DNA of 59,341 nucleotides, the filler included, from Jimgerdemannia flammicorona (lineage: Eukaryota): NCBI GenBank assembly GCA_003990765.1. It is 3 parts of 3 records of this genome, joined end to end, with 100 filler letters (N's around TTAATTAATTAA, not from the genome) between each part and the next. Parts side by side here need not be neighbours in the genome. Positions count along the whole stretch, not along the records: positions 19,818 to 39,532 come from RBNJ01001868.1; 2 more parts are not named here. One strand, written 5' to 3'. Made by a program: the position numbers and the translations under genes. Below, piece after piece: positions 26,067 to 39,011 of this stretch (its first letter is position 1; each line of letters begins with the position of its first letter). A model generated the notes under the pieces. That model ran no database searches. It had not been told where the DNA came from and saw nothing but the letters and a program-made list of their open reading frames with translations.

Positions 26067-26830
26067 TTGGAACTTAGTAGTTTTAGTTATTGAAATTTAT
26101 ATTTAGCTTTATATCTTAGCAACCATTGAATTATATTTTGTATAAATACCCCTCTTATTTCCTCTGAAATAAAGTCAGTCAAGTTCACCTACACACACTT
26201 CCTTGCAAGCAATCTAAGAGATAACAAGACAGTTAAAGATAAGAAGTTTGAGGACTATAAGACCTTGGGAAGGCACTCCAATAAGAACTTGCTTATAACA
26301 AACTTGAGTTAGTCTAAGAGATACACCTTAAAGAGAATCTGGCGTATTTGAAGAACTCAGCGACCACTACGTGACAATATATATAATAAGTCTACTATAC
26401 TCACTTCTAATTTATAACTATAAGTAACTGATTATTATATATCTATTAACTTATAATCTTACTTAATATTACTTATTAATTCTTGATTTAATGATAACAT
26501 ATTATATATATTATAATAATACTATTATAATAGAGTTCATTATTATTCTGAAATCTATTAGAGTAATATATATAAAAATTTCAAAATAAGCTTTCAGAGA
26601 GTACAACTATTATTTTAATTCTTTTTATAACTGACAAAACTTATATCAATATTATGAAATAAAAAAAGAACTTACTCTATATATTTTATAATTAGAAATA
26701 TTTATAAAGTTCAATAACAAATCTATTTTATAGATATATATATAGTTGTTGGCTATCTTCTTATTCTTACAGATAATGCTTTAGAGTAGAAAAATTGAAA
26801 TTTAAAGAAGATATTTGTATATCTGTCATA

Positions 26831-28350
26831 TAAGTAAGAGACAAAAATGAGTCAATATTATATAATTTTTACTTTATAAATTTATTATAATTTAAATATA
26901 AATATTATTAAATTGATACTTTAACCAATCATAAAGTAATCATTTATCTTTTAGAAAATATATAATTTATCTATATTTGGTTAATTAATTATATAGTTAT
27001 ATATTACTATTTAAAGTTAAATTAATCATTGGTCTATTTCATCTCTCACTATTTATTAAATCAATTTGTTAATATTATTTAATATTTTATATAAACACCT
27101 TTTACCTTATAGATAGCTACAACTCTCCTTAGTATATTATCTATTAAATCAATACAAACATCTTCTGAAATCTCATTCCATACTTTTTCTACTCTCTTCC
27201 AAAGTTCTTCAATTTCTTTGGGTAGTTCTTTATAAGAATTCAGCTTTCTCTTTAGATACTACTAAAGATATTCAATGGGGTTAAGATCTGGTGATTGTGT
27301 AGACCACTGTAACAAATGAATTTTGCAGTTAGAAAATCACTTCTTCACTATCTTAAATGTATGCTTAGAATTACTATCTTACTGAAATATTAATTTTTTT
27401 TTATTTATACCATAATCCTTGATGATTTCTTACAATTCATCATCAAGAATACTGATATAAAGCTCCACATTCATTCAATTGATAATTTGGCATATATATC
27501 TAATGCTATGGTATATTATATATATCTAAACTATCACTAAACTGCCTTCAAATTTGATAGTACCACTTATATGATATGGCTTGAGTATTTTTTCCAGCTT
27601 TTTCCAGGCTCAAGAATGTCTGTCCAACTCCAAATAGTTGATCTTTATCTCATCTGAGTAGATAACTCATTTTCAGTCATCAACTATCTAATCCTTATGT
27701 TGAATGGCAAATTCATACTATACTTTAATATAGTATAAAAGCAAATGTAGCTTCTTCTTTACTATTGTATAAAGGCTCACTTTTTGTAGTGTTTAGCATA
27801 TATATTATCTTTGGGCTAATATCAATGCCTATTTTGCCATCTTTATTATCTTTATATTCTTGAAGTACTTTTGTAACTTGGGTAGTATTGTCTATCTTAC
27901 TTATTATTATTTGATATACAATCCATATCTCATCTTGAGCAGAAAGCTTATGTGGATAGCCTCATTTCATAAGCTTAATATTGTTGTCATCTATATACTT
28001 CTTTTAAAAATATTTTACAGTTCTTAGACCAATCTTTATTTGTTGAGCAATGTTTTGAGTATTTTTGCTAGACTTTAATTCTCTGACAATATGATTGTAG
28101 ATATTAATAGAGAGTTTTTTCATTTTTGAAAAAAATGGTGCAAACTGTGAGAGAATATCCAAATAAATATATGGAAAAAGTTTTATTTATTTAGCATTAT
28201 TATTAAATAAATTATGGTATAAAAATATTAAGACAATAGTGAGGAACAAAAATGGGCCAATGATTAATTTAACTTTAAATTTAATAATATTTATATTTAA
28301 ATTATAATAAATTTATAAAGTAAAAATTAGTCATTTTTATCTCTCACTTA
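26831..28350 (-). mobile_element. Tc1-family DNA transposon (DD34E), hypermutated, with ~115-bp TIRs and TA duplication
   Basis: Termini taagt(a/g)agaga(c/t)aaaaatga inverted at 26831 and 28350 with TA on both sides; left TIR carries an ~95-bp insertion. Confidence 0.9.
27079..28123 (-). pseudogene. Tc1 transposase pseudogene
   Basis: KD*IVDD*K*VIYSDEIKIN; FQ*DSNSKH, then 34 residues from that D to the E of SPDLNPIE; C-terminal KGVYIKY*. Confidence 0.92.
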
Positions 28351-29101
28351 TACTTGAGTATCTGAAATAATCAGAACCTAAGAAAGAGATAATATAAGAA
28401 TCTAATAAAAGAGTATAACAGTGTTTTCTAATTATTTAATTCTTCTAAATAAATTATTTTAAGATATATTAGATCTATTTTATTAAACAAAGAACTAACT
28501 GTTCAATCTATACTATAAAGTATAACAAATTTACTGATATTACTAAGATATATCTACTATATAATATTCATTTAATATATCAAATTATAGAGAAGACTGA
28601 AACCTCAAAATATAGAGATATATATTATTTAAAGCAAATGAACTTTATAAAATGCATAATTCTTTCTGAAATTTATCTTGTATAAATTATATAATAGTTA
28701 TTAGAAGTATTATACTTCTTGAGATATTCTTCTTAGTATTATACTATATATAGTTTATATATCTAAAGCTTGCTTAGAGATATCTTTAAAAAGATCTCTT
28801 TTATCTTATTAAATTCTTTCAGAGATTAATTTTGTGATAATATCTTCAAAATCAGTGATATTAATTTTAGAAGACTGCTCAGACTTTGTAAGCTATTAGT
28901 TGTAAATTATAATCCAACTATGACTCATCTTGATTATAAGATGATCTACATCTAAACTCATAATGACTCATAATGACTCTAGTGATATACTATTCCAAAT
29001 TAGGTAACTCTACTCTCTGAACTAAAGAAGAAGACCCTCAAGATATAAAAGAAGCAATAAGAAAAAAAGAGCAAGATATCAAATAAGAGACTTATTATAA
29101 A

Positions 29102-30001
29102 ATGCCTACTATCTACCAAACAGTAAGATCAAGAAGCCATCCAGGCCCATCAGTTCAAGGATAAATATTCACCAATATCAAGAGAGTCATAAGGTTATAT
29201 AGAAAAAGAACTTTAAGCCTGAACCTCTATACAAGAGATCTCTACCACTATACCCTCAACTACTATGAAATGAAGATAAAAATTACCACCACTACTGAGT
29301 ATCTTTAGATGTGGCAAGAATATAAAAAGAGACATTACCTCTGTTAAGACTTCTCATAAGTCAGCTCTTAAAAAATTATAGATACTACTTGTATAGATAG
29401 ATATGAACAGAAATTAACCAAAAGAGTTCATCAGATCTTTAGGTATATATTCTGATCCATTCCTAATCAAAGTTTCTGATATTCAAGAACTAATAAGCTG
29501 TCATATAGACTACTTTGAAGAAATGGTTGCAGAAGAAGCCCAATCCTATCATCACATTTAAGAGTGATGAAATTCAAGACCTTTGGAACTCTATTTTAGA
29601 GAACAATCCAGACCAATTCATCTATAGTTAATTGTACTATTTTAAGACTCTCTCTTGAAAGTCTACTTCTCTCAGAATTCTACAGATATTTTTTACTTTA
29701 TGAATGACAATACTATTGACTAGAGACCTTAAGAGTAGAATGACTATATGCTCTTTGATAATATCATCAACAATAATATCACTCTATAAAACAACTTAGA
29801 GAATAGTGGCAACCTACTTATTTTACTAGAAGATGATATCAACAGCTTCTTTTCCTCACCCCCAGAGCCCCTCACTGACTTCAGCACAATTGTAGAGGAT
29901 GTAGAAAATGATTTAGTCAGACCCCCAGAAGAGAAGAAGAATGAGGATAATATAATCTCAGTTATATTAAATGAGGATGACTCTATTAGCCAAATTAATT
30001 A
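29102..30001 (+). pseudogene. LTR-encoded ORF homolog in the family-C 5' LTR (end approximate)
   Basis: MPTIYQTVRSRSHPGPSVQG*IFTNIKRVIR...YEMKIKITTTTEYL*MWQEYK...ILENNPDQFI...FMNDNTID*R, colinear with the LTR-B ORF; repeated from ATG 39270 in the 3' LTR. Confidence 0.8.
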
Positions 30002-30181
30002 AGTTAGTTAGTTAGACAAATAATAACTGTGAATTAACTAGCCCAATTTATCATAAATATAAAATTAGTCTTATTAGTTAATTAGTTATCTGAATTTCAA
30101 AACAATATTAATTAGTATCTTCTAGTAATTATAGGTTATAATAAATTACCTAGTATTATATATAGTTTGAAAACTATATAA

Positions 30182-30644
30182 TGTAATGTAGTGGATACTT
30201 AACTGTAGTCAGATTTCTGTATCTTGAAAACATAATCTTCTTTGACTCTGTAGAGTTCTTAGGATACAGGGGTGGGTAAGTTCAAAATGTATCTGTCTGC
30301 AGGCTTACTAGTTTTTTTGCTTTCTCTTTACTTTGAACTATTTTGATCTGAGGTTTATTCACTCTAGATACTGGAGATATTTATATAAGTTTGCTAGCTA
30401 TAAGGTGGTTAAATTATGACTATGTTATGAGTCACTTTTTATAAATATTAATCCTTGATATCTATTAAATATTGATGATTATCAAGACTTTAACATTTGT
30501 AAATTCTTGATATTTGTGAAGAGTTTAATGTTGTGAAATAACTGCTATTTATATGGCTATACTATATCAGGAATTGAGTTCAGATACTGTGATCAAATAT
30601 CTAATTTCTCTGATTCTTATTCCTAATTCAGATCAACTGTCACA
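30182..30644 (-). mobile_element. Family-A solo LTR inserted into the family-C 5' LTR, TSD ATAA
   Basis: Reverse complement of 6559-7016 end to end; ATAA at 30178-30181 and 30645-30648. Confidence 0.92.
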
Positions 30645-33600
30645 ATAAATACTCCCTCTGATCTATAGTAAATAAACCTCAATCAATTGGTTTTACCAAC
30701 TTAAGTTCTAAAAGACAAGAAAGTTGAGTGTAAGAACTTTGGAAAAAGTCTCCAAGAGCTGAAGAATTTACTCTTATTGCTACTAAGAAACTTGAGATAT
30801 AAGTCAGTCAGATTAAGATCACTATAGAAAATTAGATATAAGATCCAAAAAACTCAAGATATAAGTTAGCCAGATAAAACTACTATAGAAATCAGATATA
30901 AGACCCAGGAAATCTACCAGGAAACTCAAGAACAATATGTGATATAAGTGATTACTTCTTTTGATATATAATTCAAATGATTATCATATGATCAACAACT
31001 TGAGATATGTGAACTTCAACTTGATATAAATAAATCAAATAGCAGTTAAAACAAATATTGAGCCAGAATATTATTTGATAAGAAGATAAATAGTATATAG
31101 ATATCTAGTAACATATTGAGCTATATATCTTTTTAGCAAAATAAGATATATAAATCAGATACTATATTTTGAGGACTCAACTGGAAAAGGTTTCTAAAAA
31201 CTTAACTATTTGGCTTAAGAAGCCAGTAGCTATCTATAGTGAAGAATTCAGAAGAAACTAGCCAACAGTAAGACTAGGGCCAATAACTATCTACTTTAGA
31301 AAGAAAAGCTCACACCATTGCCAAGATAGTCCAGAAAACTGAATCAGAAAAAAGAAGTGATACAAATTATGGTTTGACCTTAAAGAAAAGAAAATAACTT
31401 AGAGGACAACTTGAGTCTTCTAGATCTAAAGCCCAGAACAAGGAGAATATTTTTCTGGAGAATATCAGACTCTAATCTACAGAAGAGATTTAGACAGAAG
31501 TGACTACATTACTACTATCATCACTCAAGCTACTCTATTAGATTAAGCATATTTTGTAATATTAGAAGGAGAAGAAGACTACTATCCTTACCTTTTAGAA
31601 TAAGAGAAAGATAATAATTAAAGAAGTCAACCAGATTACTCAAGAGACAAATTCAATCTTTATTACTACTTAGATAGTAATATAGACCCTTGGCAAGATG
31701 AACAGAACTCTGCTGCTTCATAATAGCAAGGGGCAGATAAACTGAACATTAGTTACATCATTTCAATTCCAATTACCAGAATCTCAATACTCTGGTCCTT
31801 TATACTCCAATACTATCTACAAGAGACAAGAAGCTCTAGCCCTCTCAGTACCTCAGTATTTAGTGACCACTATCACTCAATTAGAGAACCACTACCATAA
31901 GAACATCTATCTCAGCTTTAATTAGAAGGGCCAGACTCTCTATACTCTCACTAAGACATCACTTTTTGCCAGTACTACCAGTTCATTAAGTATCTCTACC
32001 TTCTCCATCTTTATAAGAATTATTAAGAAACTCAACCTCAGAACCAAACTCAGACATTGAAGATAAATCAGATATAAGCTATCTTCAGAAATTCTATAGT
32101 ACAGATAGTGAAGATATTAAGAAATTCTTTGAAGAATTTGAAGTATAAGTAGCAGTAAAGCAGTAAAATATCTAAAAAAATCTCAGAATTGTAGAATCAC
32201 TTCTGAGAGGTCTTGTTCTACAGAAGTATAATCAAGTAAAGCAAATTGAAGGAGATATCTATGGAGCAGAACAAGCCAATAACTTTTGAGTAAATAGAGA
32301 CCATGTGAATAGATATAATATCTATAAAACCTGGCTCTACATATAGTTTAATGGTCTTGAGCACTAATAGGAAGTATAAGAAGCTTTAATCTACATGAGC
32401 CAAGCCATCAATTAAACTCCAAAGACTTCTACTATTAGATTCAAGCTCAAATAATTAAGGCAAACTTGCAATCTATAGTCTAACTAGCCCTGGTCTCAAC
32501 TATCTTCCTCAATGGAATATTTTCAGAGCTCTAAAGATAAGTCATTAGAATAGGCTATTGAAGTATTAAGCAGTAAGTTGCTGAAGTATATAGATGCTAG
32601 AAAGTAGACTATAGTCTATTCCAGCAAGTATAAGAATATTAAGAATCAGCTCAAGCTGAAACCTTAAGGACTTATAGAACAACTATATAAAAAGAGAATA
32701 TCTACTTGAGAGCCCTATTGGCCAGCTGTGAGACCAGACTCCCACCCCCAATTCCAACTCAATACAGGTAACAACAGCAGCCTCTACTAAGAATTCAAGA
32801 AGATTTCATAATAATACTCACTAAACAAATAAAAGGTCTGACCATTGTGATTGCCCAGTTAAAGAATCAAGGGAGAAGATAACAAGATTATTATTAAGAT
32901 AATAGACCAGACTATCAGTAGTAAGATAACTGGATTTCTACTTAGACCCCACTAGTTATAACCATAGATTTATCAGCAATAGGTTCTTATACTCTAACTT
33001 ACTTTAACTGTAGAAACCAAGGTTACATTCAGAGGTTTTGTCCAAAGAAACAAACTTCATCTAATTATAGAAATATCAACCTCATTTAAGTAGATGAAGA
33101 GACTTAAGAAATAGAAGTAAAAGCTATCTGACTTTATGGCCAAAAGGATACCTATCTATACCATGAAGTCTTTCTCTCTAAGATAACTTAGGATATAGTA
33201 TCTATACAGACTAGAGAATGAGGAAGACCTCTAAGGACCCTGCTTCTACTATCATTGCTAGTAACCATATCTACCAACAAACATCTAAGATATGGTCATT
33301 TCTTCTTAGATACTCTTTAGGAGAAAGATAAGAGAGTCAGAAGAGATACCCCTGAACCAGAAGCTGGCTCATCAAGAGTATTGAGAAGTACCTCTCTGCC
33401 TGACCTTGAAGAAAAAGAGCATATAAGTATAGAGTCTTTAGCTGATAAAATACCTAATAAAAATGAGAGGATCTACTATAAGAGACCTAGATATTGAAGG
33501 AGTAGTAAGCTCTATGAAGCAGCATCACTTTGAGAATATCACTGTACTCAGAATATAGATCTTACAGTTGAACAAGTCCTTAAGAATATACTAGAAGTTA

Positions 33601-35179
33601 GATAAAAATTCCTGAAAAAAGCCAAAGATGATACTAAGAGAATCTTTGTCCAAGAACTATATATACTGAAGCCTAGTACTATCTATATAGTTTATGAATA
33701 TTAGCACTAAGAACATCAATCCATAAGACTAGTTAATAGAAAAGTATATGGTAAAAATGTCAGAATCCTTGTTGATACTGGAGTAGCTATTTACATCATC
33801 ACCCAGTGAATATTAGAAATAATTGAGTAGAGAATTAATAAAGGAACCAAAGCAAGTGTTATCAGGGCAGATGGATCAGTATCCACCTCTCTTGGATTAG
33901 TTAGAGAAATATCTATACAAGTTGGAAAGATCTGCCTCAACATATCTTAAGCTATCATAACTCCAGAAACCTCCTATGATCTGATTTTGGAAACTGACTA
34001 GTTGCATCAAGTTGGAGCCAATATAGATATATATTAAGAAACAACTCCTGGTCTTTACCTTCTATAAACAAATGTACAAGATACCAATTGAGTCAAAAAG
34101 ATCAAGAAGAGCAAGTCAGACCTCTAAGATAGAATAATAAGGACATAGAGATATATTTACTACTACAGAAGATAAAAGTGAAGCAAACTTCCTGTAAGAA
34201 TTCAGAAGTGATTTTGGTATCCCTAGAGACTCTGGAAGTAGTTAAGATCTTTTTGTTGAAGTTATTAATACTGAAAGCCTAGAAGTAAGTACTGATTTGG
34301 CTATTAGCAAAAAAGTAGTACTTGAATTTACAGAACTATCTATATACAATTACCCCCTCCTCTGAATTATATGAGCTATCTGCCTAGGTATGTGTGAACC
34401 CTACAATCATTTCTACTTACTAAGAGATGATTATAGCAACTGCCAAATCCTTGATCTCAAAAAGATTTCAATACTAGTAATCAAAAACAAGGATGAGTTA
34501 AAATGAGCCCCAGTCCACAGATAAATACAACTACCTACTCTAAAGGTTTTCAAGAAGACCTACAAGAAAGAACAAAAGATTCTCTCTCACCAATCTTTAG
34601 AGATCCTCACAATTAAAGACAATAACAATAGTATCTATACTATTATCTGAGCCCTCCTACCTATCTATGATAAATATCAAAAGAGATACCCAACAAGTAA
34701 GAAAATCAAATAGCAGAATGAGAAATTCATCAAAAAAGAATACTGTGATTGTGAAAAGACCTTTATTTATTACTGGTATGAAAATCAAAGTGTCTATCTC
34801 AGTGAAGATACCTACAAGAGCCAAGTTAAGAGAAAGGATTCCACCTTATAAGAATCTTGAATTTGCTGGGTCTATTGGAAATATAAAGAGATCAACTATG
34901 AAGGAGACTATAAAGTCAAGAACAAGATCTCCATCTGGGACCTATCATTAAAAGTTCTTGCCATCATTAATTGGTATTGCTGGCTACACCATGACAGACA
35001 AGGAGTCAACCTTGTCTTTACTTTCATAAAAGCCTCAGATCTACTTAGAAAAAACTGAATTTACCTATACAAGAAACCCAAAGACTAGAGTATATTGGTC
35101 ATTCTTTAAGTCTGAATGTATAGAGTTCTCACCTATAGTAGCAACTACTGAAGTGATATTTCTCAAGACCCAGCCAATC

Positions 35180-35584
35180 ATTTAAGTTAAACCACTATCA
35201 TCTTAGGTACAACCTCCTCTTATGCAAATAGAAGAATTAATAGAATATGACCTCTGACTTCTCTATCAGGCGATACTCTATCCTAGGACAACTTGGACCT
35301 TTGACCATTAAATTACACTTACTATACCATTTAGACATTATAGATAACTAGTATTAAGATCATCTCTAGCAGTCAAAGAAATTACAGTAAAAGGAGGAAA
35401 TATTGATCAGGATTATTGAGGTCATCTGAAGGTCATTATTTACAATAATAATAGAAATCACTAAGTCTTCAACCCCTTGGAGGCCATCTGTCAAATTCTA
35501 TTTATTAAGATATTGCAACCTATTATTCAAGAGGTAAATCAACTAGACAGTACTAAGAGAGAATAAGGAGGTTTTGAAAGTACC
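35180..35584 (+). pseudogene. dUTPase domain inside family-C pol
   Basis: IEYDL (AGYDL), RSSLAVK, GGNIDQDY*G, AICQIL, KRE*GGFEST (RG.GGFGST). Confidence 0.88.
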
Positions 35585-38500
35585 AATAGAACTTCTCAAC
35601 TACCACCCATTAAAGTCTACTTAGCAACAGTAGCTCAGTTTCAATAAATGAAACCATATATCTATCTGAGCAAGAGAAGATATCTTCCTTCAACTATATC
35701 AAATAAAGAAGCCTTGATATATCTACCTGAGGATACCAATAACTGGATATTCGAGCCATCAATAAAACTCCAAGAAAAGTATCACCTCCTTCTGGCTGAA
35801 GAATGAATCCAAGATCAGATATCACCAATTTACATTCCTATCCAAAACCTAGACTTTGAAGTAGTAACAATTCTCAGAAAAATAATATTAGGATATTTTG
35901 AACCACTGATAAATACCTATGAGAAAGAGGTCTTTAAATTTTTAGAAAACAGCAAGCTCTCTCAAGTGAGACTGACAGTATCAGAGAGGAAGACTCAGCA
36001 ATCAAAACTATCAATATCAAGACAACTCTGATCAAGGATCAGTAATAATAGATTCAGAAGTTGATAGAAGAATATAAAGATATATTTACCACCATATATA
36101 ATAACTTTCCACTATATAAATTTAGAGAATATGCAATATATAAAAAGATGTCAAACCAATCCAATAATATTCCTGCTGAATACCATACTACTTGATTGAG
36201 TTTGAATAATAATATATAGATGAAATGCTATGAAACAGAGTTATCAGACCCTCATCAAGCCCCTAGGCTTTACCAGCAATTATAGTATCAAAGAAAGGAG
36301 AATGAAGACTAGTTGTAGACTTTAGAAAACTTAACAAAGTTACTATAGAAGATATCTACTCACTGCTAAGAATTGATGACCTCCTCAATGTTTTTGACAA
36401 AGCCAAGTACATAACTACTACTGATCAGTTTTAAGGATTTCAAGTGATACCTATTGCCAAGAATGATATCTGCAAGATAGTCTTCATCACTAGATGAGAA
36501 CAGTATAAATACCTCTAAATGTTATTTAGACTCTACAATGTACCAGCCTCATTCTAGTAAATAATGAACTATATCTACTAAGACCTTATTAAAAGAAATA
36601 TACTAGTATATATAGATAATATAATTATCCACTTTGAGACATTTGAATAATATCTATAAAGTATTTGATACTATCCAAAATTCAGGACTCAGACTTAATG
36701 CCAAGAAATACTTCTTTGGAAAACACTAAATCAAATATCTGGGATATGTAATTTCAGCCCAAGGAACTCATACTGACCTGTATAAGGTGGAGAAAGTTAA
36801 GAATTATTCAACTTCTATCTATACAACAGAAGTTCTATTTTTTCTTATATTAGTATCTTATTACTGGTGATTTATCCTAAGATTTTCAGACAAGACAGCT
36901 CCACTATATGATATCTCTAAGAAAGAACAACTATTCTACTAGAGAGAAGAATAGCAGAAGTCATTTGACCTACTCAAGAAGGCCCTCACTGAAGCTCCTA
37001 TTTTAGTATAATTAGACTTTAATAAACTATTCATCTTGGCAACTGATGTCTCTACCCTTAGACTTAGATCAATTCTATCTCAACAAGATAACTAGAAGAA
37101 GAAATATATTATTGAGTATTCTAGTAAGACTACTAATAAGATATAAGCAAACTATGAAGCCACTAAGCTGAAATACCTTATAATAGTATGAGCTATAGAT
37201 CACTTCAGACACTATCTCTTAGGAAAGAGATTTGTCCTTATCACTGACTACTAAGCTCTATAATAGTTGTTCAACAAACCAGAGTCCTCAGGAATCTTTG
37301 CCAGATGGATCATGTCTCTATAAGAATACCAGTTCACTATTATCTATAAGAAAGGTGTTAAGAATTCCAATATTGATATCTTGTCAAGGATCCTATGAAC
37401 TCAATAAGAAGAGAAGAAGTCACCTTGAGAGAAGGCTGCTTCCCACTTACTCAAATGAACCAAGAACTACACCTTGCCCTCACCTGGAGTATGTATTATA
37501 GAAATTTCAAAAAAGGAATTTAGCTGGCTCATAAGCTGTTTATTCAAAGAAATTTCAAAAAATTTCAAGAAGGTGATGACAAACTTTAGAGAGTAGAAGA
37601 AGATCGATATCTGAGTTCTATAAGAAGATGAAATACTGAAGATACTTATAACTAATTATGATCAGAATATATACTGAGGAATTGGAGTCACTATTGCAAG
37701 AATTAAGAAAAGATACTGATAGTCAAAAATGAGGAAATAAATTTTGACACATATTTAACAATATGATATCTGTCAAAGATACCAATAGAAGCCAACTGAT
37801 AAAGTACTACTAATGCCAATTCCAGTATCAGCTGGAGCCTTTTAAAGACTAGAAATAGGCATCATTGGTATCTTACTAATAACTAGTTAAGGAAGATGCT
37901 ATATTCTCACCATTGAAGATCATCTGACAAAATGATCTGAAGCCTTTATTATTAAGACTACTGATGCTCAAACAATTATTGAGATTCTATATAATAAAAT
38001 TTTTAGCCACTATAGTATTCTCAAAGAAATCATCATAGACCAAGACTGAGAATTTATCAATAAAGCCATGAAGATCTTTGCAGATAACTTTAAGATCAAA
38101 CTGCAACTAATAATAGCTTATTATTTATAAGCAAATAGACTTACTAAATGAATGAACTAGACCATCAAGCAAGGTCCCAGCAAAACTAGAGATTAATTAA
38201 ACTGAGATATTTATCTTTCAGCAATCTTATTCAGTATCTACACTTCAAAGATGACTGCTACCCAACAGACCTCTTTCTATTTAATATATAGCTAAGAAGT
38301 ATATATAAGATTCCACTAAACCAATCCAGCTGGATTTGGCAAAACAAGTTACTGAAGAGATCATCTGGTTATATAAAGTATGCCAACAAGTATGAAAATT
38401 TATTATTAAGACATAAGAACAATAAAAGAAGTACTATGACTACAAGGCTGATCTTGAATCTCTGCTTATTAGATAATAAGTCTTAGTATACTATACTATT

Positions 38501-39011
38501 ATAGAAGAAAACTAGAAAAAAAAAAAAAATAGAAGGAAACTAGAGTGTCAAACTCAATCTGAAATGGGAAGAACCCTATCTTATATATTAGGGATTCACA
38601 AATCACACCTACTAACTCAAGATCCTAGATGAAGTTATACTCAAGACCAAGATACACTGTAACTATATAAGATCTTACTACTTAGTAGAAGTAAACCACA
38701 TTTGAACAACTTCTTTTACTCAATCTATATCATCTTTATTGAAGAATGATGGATGCTTCTTTTAGAACTCAAGAAGCTGACAATACTGGAACTATTCTCA
38801 AGCCTACTATATAATAGATATTACTACTAGAAAATGCCTCAGATTATAGAAAAATCCATTTCTGAGAGATTCAAACCCCCAGCTGTAACAATGAGAGCCC
38901 TCACCCTAGAATAGTCAATCCTCACAAATATACTAATAGTTTATTCAATAAAGGAATCAAGACCTATTATTCTTATATAATTATCACTGCTTTAATTTTG
39001 TAAGAAGCAGA

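Larger units (their letters stand above)
24875..26376 (+). mobile_element. Complete 1502-bp family-B solo LTR with 4-bp target-site duplication ATAT
   Basis: Ends TGTAACG...CGTGACA (imperfect inverted termini); ATAT at 24871-24874 and 26377-26380 (the left copy is part of an AT run); TATAAATA 26141; AATAAA 26168; much less mutated than its flanks. Confidence 0.92.
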
